DNA of 64,000 bases, taken from Amoebophrya sp. A120 (Eukaryota > Protista > Dinoflagellata). Made by a program: the position numbers and the translations under genes. The stretch spans positions 8,339,599 to 8,403,598 of the forward strand of contig CAJINV010000001.1 in NCBI GenBank assembly GCA_905178155.1. Direction: 5' to 3'. Below the pieces are notes generated by a model. It saw nothing but the letters and a program-made list of their open reading frames with translations. It did no database searches and was not told the DNA's origin. Shown in pieces: positions 57,401 through 64,000 of the stretch. Every line of letters starts with the position of its first letter. Position 1 is the stretch's first letter.

Positions 57401-59486
57401 CTTCCACTACCGGCGCAGTCGTCCCGGAAGCCGTCAGCATCTGCAAGGCAGTCCCGCCGATATTAGCACCGACCGGTAATAGCATTGCCATGCTGCGCGT
57501 CAATGCTGTTTGGTCGCGCAGCAGCATCATCTTGTTGCTGTACGCCGCAGCGAAGGGGCCAGAAAGGTTGGCTGTTTTATCGTGTTCATCCGAAGATGAG
57601 GTCTTTATTTTACCGAACGGATTTTTTTGCCGGTGCTGGAACAAGCTGTTCGCGGGCTGTATGAGCCCGCGCTGCGGCCCCTGGCCAAGCTGCAACACGC
57701 GCGGCTTCTCCAACATTCGACTCGGAGTCAACGGAGACTCCGGCTTGCCTTGCGAATACTGGCGCCGAGAAGGGCTGGCGGTCGGGGACGAAGGCGAAGC
57801 TTGTTCAGGCGGTCTATTTTCCGACCTTTCGAATACTTCGTCGGCACGCGAACTTTCGACGGAACCGCGCTGTTCAGAATGCACAGTGCCAATAAAATCT
57901 TTCGGGGCCTCGCTGCCGACTGCTGCAACAGGTGGGTTGCCCTGATCCTCCGAGCGCTTTTGGCTGTTCCGCGCGAAACTACTCTGCAGCCCGTTACGGT
58001 TCAACTGAATGAAATTCTTCCCACCGGCGCCCCTCCGGACTGACGAGCTGCGAGACCGAAGATGAACCGCTCGCTTCTTAGTGAATGACGGGGGAGAAGC
58101 AGGACCTTTTTCCTCGTCACACTTCACCGGAACGCAAGTTGTCAACCGTGAGGGGAAATACACCTTCCGCATGGGCGGCGACCATAGATCAGTGTGGTCT
58201 GCGCTTTTATTCCTCTCTTCACTAGCATTCTTCATCCCAGACGGTCCGCCCTGAAAGTACTGCTTTCGCACAGATGTTGCAGTCGGAGACGTCGCGTTCT
58301 TTGAGGACCCGCCAACCAAAATGGATTTGCTCGGACTCCCAGGCGTGGAAGTAATAGACCCAGAGACCTTATCCGCAAACGCGGCGGCCTGTTTCAAACT
58401 GGGCGACAGGGGCGTCGGAGATGCGCTAGTACGGTGGGCGGATGCGTCACGCACTTTCAGTCCTGGGCTGCCGCTCCTAGTGCGGCTGCGTCCTCGCCCG
58501 GACCACTTGGGGCTACGACCACTGCTCCGCGCTCCGCTGCGGTCGCGGGAGGGGGTGGGGGAAAATGCGTACTGGTTGTGCTGCAGACCGTTGGGGGATG
58601 TCGTTCCGTAAACAATACTGTTCTCCAGCTTTTCGTAGCTTTTCTTCCAAACATTTTCGAAATTCTCTTCCCGCGCCGGCTTGCTCGCAGAAGATGTGGT
58701 CTCTTGATCATTCTTGCTAAGTGAGAGGACCAGGCTTTTATTTTTGACGCTGCTAGTACTTTTCGTCAGAAGAGCTTTACTGTTCACTTTCATCTTCGCA
58801 GAAAATGTGCTCGATTTTGCAAACAGGTCTTTGATCGGGGTGGTCAAAAGGTCCTTCGCGGTGAGATGATGGCTTACCGCCACACTATTGCTGGTCAACA
58901 GGGTCGGAAAAAGTGTGGCGCTCGCCTGCCGGCCTTCGTCTGCACAGTAACCTTGCTCTGCGGATTCTGTTCCAGCCCATGTACTGCGTTCTTCGTTCTG
59001 CGCGACGCTGGGAACTACAACAGGCAGTGGATTCTCGATAACGACGCTGCTAACGACGTCCTTTGCGATCAAACTATCTGCCGAGAGAATTTTCGTGCCG
59101 TTCTCAGCCGAGTAGCGAAACGGGACGGAAACCGATGCTGCCGGAACGTTGACACCTACTCCAGTGACCCCGTCGTTCCGCCCGGAAGACACGGCGGTTT
59201 GCTGATCCGACTCGTAGTCTTCCGCATCGCTTTTCACGTCCGGGTACTTTTCGCGGAGCATCAAGAGACCCTCGCTCTCCACGCGCACCACCAACTCGGT
59301 TGGAACGAACACGCTGCTGCTGTTGGCGGACACGTAGGAGTGCGCGCTTGCACTCCGTACCGAGGCGACCGATGCCGGGCATTCCTGGAAGCTGTCTTCG
59401 CTTGCGAGTAGCGTGTGCTCGGGTGGGGCCGCGCCAGCCGTAGCAGCTGTCGCTTCACGCAGGAAGTCGACGGGAGGTCGTAGCAT
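54402..59486 (-). CDS. Very large (about 1690 aa) Ser/Lys/Glu-rich disordered protein, uninterrupted ORF
   Basis: 5.1-kb open frame of low complexity with many SP motifs. Confidence 0.85.
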   Translation of the reverse strand: MLRPPVDFLREATAATAGAAPPEHTLLASEDSFQECPASVASVRSASAHSYVSANSSSVFVPTELVVRVESEGLLMLREKYPDVKSDAEDYESDQQTAVSSGRNDGVTGVGVNVPAASVSVPFRYSAENGTKILSADSLIAKDVVSSVVIENPLPVVVPSVAQNEERSTWAGTESAEQGYCADEGRQASATLFPTLLTSNSVAVSHHLTAKDLLTTPIKDLFAKSSTFSAKMKVNSKALLTKSTSSVKNKSLVLSLSKNDQETTSSASKPAREENFENVWKKSYEKLENSIVYGTTSPNGLQHNQYAFSPTPSRDRSGARSSGRSPKWSGRGRSRTRSGSPGLKVRDASAHRTSASPTPLSPSLKQAAAFADKVSGSITSTPGSPSKSILVGGSSKNATSPTATSVRKQYFQGGPSGMKNASEERNKSADHTDLWSPPMRKVYFPSRLTTCVPVKCDEEKGPASPPSFTKKRAVHLRSRSSSVRRGAGGKNFIQLNRNGLQSSFARNSQKRSEDQGNPPVAAVGSEAPKDFIGTVHSEQRGSVESSRADEVFERSENRPPEQASPSSPTASPSRRQYSQGKPESPLTPSRMLEKPRVLQLGQGPQRGLIQPANSLFQHRQKNPFGKIKTSSSDEHDKTANLSGPFAAAYSNKMMLLRDQTALTRSMAMLLPVGANIGGTALQMLTASGTTAPVVEEQALVAEDSTDAAVLAGEKKEQGNHTDSACPVDEKSARPNVDERARDERLTHTTSLQCGNLAVHDEKSSNAPDEQIVGTASGPAAVPQLLEEPQASSARDAIDFALFVSATQQSEGAFPTSSQQTISNASPDHPSQPQASHTLTSSPSRNKLSPAVKRNRDASVKKHRERLLTSRAKTSSRTKSTAASRDVLPPRVGFLNAVDITEAERFEHESVLVASQKSFAKVILRNKSSGAAVEKIRNDAETPSPRRRGDNKSTSPPKRSSCSPRGRVVRDGKKRLRKKGARLEDTGTKTLAEIAGTSMNNITDTRDQEKNEDHISKNDGQPGQDTFQCDERNIKSVENNYVLVEELLPRTPKEEEAEARVARLFEQQESCVDTMRQLQEEEHPTLGHQHQQINLEDVSVTFQISTSEDTTHSLAGAAAAAPCAEKSRHGGEDSAVLLTSVHQLELQQSSEKGGSNKPWKNNNCNTSSINSEILSTRGDVVDLLDEYFRTTDDQQVQLSASAEESDVVNYETHSSKATPVVEENTGELLVSVKEVERQSRSTGGVISCGGSLEDKSESPQAGRVSAALSDTTRMETALTAATASEEKSKAKTNHVALAREEANARRAAKDDKARKKKRDKNAEYHTTKAGEKKPQQHHPTGSTRKWIKKDPELKKNEPKKSSAEAKSCLQQEKAKGPQSDQSTQINMMRPAKTSPVKDEKSKKARGSSKVVEVKATPSGDEQQLCKTEKANESNKSGEESQGKSKSPLEVCQPVLSPRLLEATKSGVFKQAGPRVILPLPSTKVASPKSLTEMKVEKQKANTLPASSKITATMLQVDLPSAPSIIVEDTTSVHNSVAPEKNRPDGSCHAKPLKSSSSSSSSSPTRAPLAVKTQTTTAGVLAASPRTLSSRMLKPTGAGTKSGPPTAALAPSPVSPSSTLVANKSTLSQKPPTLHTTERAIVRSLSPPDISRGMRAFPVLSERAIKLIDSRGAWVPDPRLAAQPVVMRHNIFRPET

Positions 59487-60165
59487 TTCTCTTCTTAAGG
59501 AGGAGCACAATGGAATGGGGGCTATTTTTTCTGTTGAAACTCAAACTGGTGGAAAAACTTGCAGCGCTAATTTAGCTGGGCCGTCAACATTATTTTCCTG
59601 TTCGAGCAAAATCCAATCCGTTCAATGCTTGAATACACGGGTCACGACCCTAAACTCCAGGACGCACAAAAAAACGAAGATGACGCTTTACACAAAAATC
59701 TGAAAAAGGAAAAAAAAACGAGTGGGTCAAAAAACAAGCTATCAAACAGCAGGCAAAGGGATCAAGCGAAAAAAAAAACGAAAAAAAATGTTGAAAAAAG
59801 CAATGACGATCAAAGATTGCCAAGATATCACAATTCAAGCGAGCGTTATAGGTGTTCGGAACTTCATCTTTCGAGCTTACTACACTTTGCTACATGGAAC
59901 TCTTACTTTCTTGTTCTCTGTTCTTCGTATGAGAACTACCGTGAGTGCACACCGCATGGGCACGCAACACTAGTCGCTGTTCCACTTCATTTCCTTGTGT
60001 TGAGTCGCTTTTTTTTTCTTTTTGCTTCAATTTTACATCAACCTTAGATTTTCCGAGGCATCTTCATGCGCACCATCGCTAAAATGTCGTCGTTTATTCT
60101 TTTCCACCCGCGGCTTTTTTGGCAGCACGTGTGTCTGGTAGGATCTACTCCTGTCCTCTCCCTTC

Positions 60166-63100
60166 CTACTTCACTTCCTCAGCGAAAAACTGCTTCAAAA
60201 TTTCCCCGTACTCCATGTTCTCCAGCCTGCCCACCATGTCGCTGATCTGGTCGTCTAGGGCCTGTTTGGAGATGAAACTGTGCTGGATCTCAAACTCGCG
60301 GAACAGGCTCCACAGCTGCGCCACGGACTCCACCAGCGACACGTGGATCGGGCGGAACAACACGTGAAAGGTGCTGAAGTTCTGACTCGCCGCGTGGCTG
60401 TCAAACCCGTCCTCATTCGCTTCGAAGCGATTGGTCAGGTATATCCGCATCTTCGCACACAAAAGCGGGACTTTACTGGTCACAGACTGCAGGAAATCCG
60501 CATTCAGCTTCTCCAGTGCAGCTGGCTGCAAGAAGGATTTGCTCTTGGCAGCGGCCTGAAGTAGAATGATCGCAACAAATTATAATCTGGATTCGTCAAA
60601 AAAAAGTGACTCATTCATTGTCACTGGATTCCTCTGAAGTAAAACGAATGGAAAAGAAAAGTCTTGTACTTGACACATCAGCCAAGAAATAAACCAGCCT
60701 TATCCATGTAACATACCACTTGCTCCCGTGTCTCGGTGCCGTAGCTACCCATCTCCTCGGTGACGCGCGCGTTGAATTCCACCAGAGGCAGCGCTATGCT
60801 TTGAATTTGCTCTTGAATCAGCACCTCACACGCGTTCCGCAACTCTGTTTCCATGTCCTTCTTGCTGTCGATTCTTGTTTCCGTCAACTTTGGCGTGAGA
60901 ATGCGGAACAACTTCCCCGAGACGCGCAGAACGCCCCGGTCGTTCGCGGCGCGCGAAACCGTCGACGCGAGAGAACTGCTAATGGTATCCTTGGAGCTTG
61001 GGGTGCGGATCTCCGCAAACGCGTCTTTTACGTTACCGTAGATTGCTGCGAAATCGAAGAACTTCTCCTTGCAGACCAAGTCGCATTCGAAAGACACAAC
61101 TTGTTCCCGCAACACGAGTAGGTGCTTGATCAGAAACAGCTGCCCATCCATGTTGCTCTTGATCTTCGTGCTGTAGTACTTCAGGGTCCCGATGCAGGCA
61201 TCCACTGATTCCTGCGCTAAACCCTGGAACGTCGAAATTTCCAAAACGCGAAAAATTTTTGACAGCACCAGGAGCGTGCGCTCGAGTGTGACGAAATTGC
61301 CCTTCGAGCTGCCTTTCGCCAGGTAGTACTCCATGTCCGCGAGCGTTTCGTTCGGCTTGTCGAAGTTGCGAAAGAGCATCGCGGGGTATGAGAGTTGCCT
61401 TTCGTCCTGGAGCACGAAGCCCTTAATTTCGTCACGGATGTACATCTGCACACGAAAAATTAGCCGTTCCTGTACGTCGCGATAGAGCCGGAGAACGATA
61501 CCCAGCAGCGCAACCAGGTCGTGTTCTGTATGGAAAAAAAAAGAGATAGAGAATCAAAATGATGCTTCTAGTATACCGGAGAATTGAATCTTTTCTTCGG
61601 ACCTCTATAGCAGTCATAAAGTGATCATGCTGCTCGATTGATAGAAGAGCACCGGTCGGTTAACAATTTTTAATCATAACATGGAGTAATATAATAAACA
61701 TGTCTGTTTTTCGGCAGTCAATATCACATTTCTCTGACCTGATTTCCCGCTCGCCACGTCGGACTGGTGCGGCTGTAGAATGTCGAGCTGCTATCCAGTG
61801 CAAAAGTATGAGTATCGTACTAGAAGTATAAATCGCATGACAAATTTCCTCAGCATGAGAAATGAAATTTGGAATGCGGATTTAACTTGACAAAAAAACC
61901 TGTACTGCATAAATGCGATTAGTACGAGTACGATACTTTTGCAATGCATAGCTGCAATGCGTCCGCAATTTCCCGAAGCACGTCGATGTATCCTGAGAAA
62001 AAAAGCTTACAGTTAAAAACCCTGCTGCAAGACAAGCGAGGCAAAATGCGACTGCCTGCCAGGCTCATAATAATTTCATGCATATTCATGCGTGTTTCTG
62101 TTTTCCATAAATAATCTTTAGAATTTTTCTTTGCCATGTAGAGCAAGTTTCCGTTGCTGAAGTTCCAACAGATGTGCAAGTAACTGTAACACATTTTTTC
62201 ATCCTGGATACGATGTCATCGAACGAGAGTATCAAAGGCCGGATGAGATCGTAAAGCAGAGTCCCGAAGTGCTTGATCAGACCGTCAAGCGAGTCCTGCG
62301 GGTGTCGCGCGTCGAAGTAGGCCAGGAAAGTTTGTTTCTCTAAAATACAGAGTTTCAACACGTAGGTGGAGATCTGTCGGATGCAGGCGCTGGGGTCTTC
62401 TTGGAAGTTCACCATCACGTTTTGCATGTGCTGCTGCAAGGGACCGGACACCAAGCGAATGCGCATCTGCACGAAAAAGTTTTCCAGCTCGTCCAGCGCC
62501 TGGCCGTAGATGTCCGCGCCGTCGCGTCTGCGGTAGAGCTGCTGCGCCAGCGGCTTCATGTGGGTCGCCGCAGCGCGGAACCGCACGTAGAAAACTGACG
62601 TCTCGTACCTGTAGTTGTTATTTGAGAGAACGACTCGAATTCCGATTGGAACAAGTCTTGTACTAGCGGCCAGGGGCCCAGGGGCCAGGGGAGAAGTTTT
62701 CTCGATTTTATTCATCAATCACAATGAACAAATTCTTTCTCCTCTTCTTCCCGATACCCGCTTTTCCCGCCCGCCGCGGACTCGACTTGTTCCAAAACCT
62801 GCTCTAGTGTCCGCTCCAAGTTCCTACAGACCTGCGTCTTGAGCATCTGGCACGCACGGCGGCGCATTTGGTCGTAGTCGCGCAGATACTGCTTCGAGTC
62901 GTAGTACTCCGGATGCCTTTCCAGAAACGCTATGCCGTCGTCCAACGCATCCAAACACCGCTCGAATTCGTCCGTCGGAGCCGAGTGGGGGCCGCGGTCG
63001 AGGATCCGCTGCAGGTCCACCACACGGTCGAACTTCTCCAGCCTCTCGCTGATCGACTTCGTGTACTCTTCCAGGACGTGTTGTTCTTTCAACAAGTGTT

Positions 63101-63861
63101 CGCACTGGTGGTGTAGCACGTCGTATCCAGTGTAGAAACGGACCCACCCCAATTCTGCATGCCCAGTATAATGTGTGTCATGCGGCACTCCATGAAGATG
63201 AGAGGCAGTTTCTAGTGATGCTTGGAACAAATCTGTCGTGCGCTAAACAGGTCAAGACAGTGGATTTGTATTTATGCGTTTGAATTAGCTAGACACGACT
63301 ACACTGCATAACCAAGTTTGTCATACGTGAGCCGGACAAGTTCTTCACGATTTGTCTTGCAAAACTTCCATCTTGACTCTGGGATGGGGACGTTTTTACA
63401 CAGGATACGTCGCATTTGTGCGAGACTTCGCGCCGAAAATGCTCCACCTGCTCCAATTTTTCAAAAGCGAGCGCAAGGGAATCGCAGACCTGAGAGGCGA
63501 ATAAGGAGGATGAGTATGTTAGAGAACTTTAGAACATTGGTCTGCTTCTTGTGGAACTGCGCCCTACGTGCAGCTGAGGAGGTCTCACAGCATTTACAAC
63601 AAGAACAGCATGCCAGGCAAAAATCATCGAATGAAGCCGCACCTCGTGACAAAGTTGCTGGTGGTGGAAAATCCAGCCCCAGTTCGTCAGATAGGCCAGC
63701 GACTCCGTTTCCTCTTCGTATTGCCGCTCCATTTTCTGGAAGAACCGGTAAAAGTCCTCCTCCTTTACCGGTTTGGAACTTGAGGAAGAGGACGACGCCG
63801 TCGCCACCATGGCTGAAACATCCTCCAGCAGTGCCTGCTGCCTCTGCGTCAGGTTCGCCAT
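60166..63861 (-). CDS. COG3: Conserved oligomeric Golgi complex subunit 3 (Sec34)
   Basis: LHHQCEHLLKEQ, LYDLIRPLI, DVQERLIFRVQ, LERTLLVLSK, FQGLAQE, DGQLFLIKHLLVLREQ and DSKKDME. GT-AG introns plus 3 TIR elements. Confidence 0.93.
61792..61950. mobile_element. TIR introner (family G), 159 bp
   Basis: TATCCAGTGCAAAAGTAT... / ...ATACTTTTGCAATGCATA. Perfect TSD GCTGC. Removal gives DALQLDIL. Confidence 0.9.
61989..62210. mobile_element. TIR introner (family F), 222 bp
   Basis: Perfect TSD CGATG. Removal gives FDDIDVLRE. Confidence 0.9.
63124..63407. mobile_element. TIR introner (family C), 284 bp
   Basis: Perfect TSD CGTCG. Removal gives SHKCDVLHHQC. Confidence 0.92.
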
Positions 63862-64000
63862 ATTGTCCTTTGCTCGTCGCGCGCAGAAGTTTTCTGCGCT
63901 GCAGCAAGGAGTGCTGATGGAGAAAAATCAATAACGTATCATTTTGCAGGGCATACAGTCTTCAGTAGACGTAGCCTGATGTAGTTGGGAGGTAGAACAT

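Noticed and set aside
1-64000. Global UGA reassignment, tRNA/rRNA genes, spliced-leader relics
   Set aside because: TGA is a normal stop in IleRS and other genes. No RNA gene or DinoSL match was seen by eye, and no scan was run.

Overview
Eukaryotic, gene-dense window in which essentially all of about 22 protein genes lie on the minus strand. It most resembles an alveolate, probably the parasitic dinoflagellate Amoebophrya (Syndiniales); this is inference from unidirectional gene order plus inverted-repeat non-canonical introns. Recognisable genes: IleRS, an ankyrin-repeat protein, an ABC1/ADCK kinase, SPF30/SMNDC1, TLS1/C9orf78, CWC24/RNF113A, a PP1-like phosphatase, a 3-hydroxyacyl-CoA dehydrogenase and COG3. 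The dominant hidden system is a set of 18 complete (149-405 bp) plus one gap-broken MITE-like elements from about 8 terminal-repeat families. They share TAT...ATA termini, terminal inverted repeats, 5-bp target-site duplications (TSDs) and an internal GCA(T/A)NACAA motif. Nearly all sit inside coding sequence, and removing the element plus one TSD restores the reading frame. None can be a GT-AG intron, four offer neither GT nor AG in any register, and the same family occurs in both orientations. Also found: a probable two-selenocysteine membrane selenoprotein with a SECIS candidate, and a 3.3-kb TSD-bounded foreign segment inside IleRS that is either element-mediated recombination or misassembly. 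All coordinates and translations were read by eye; no searches were run.
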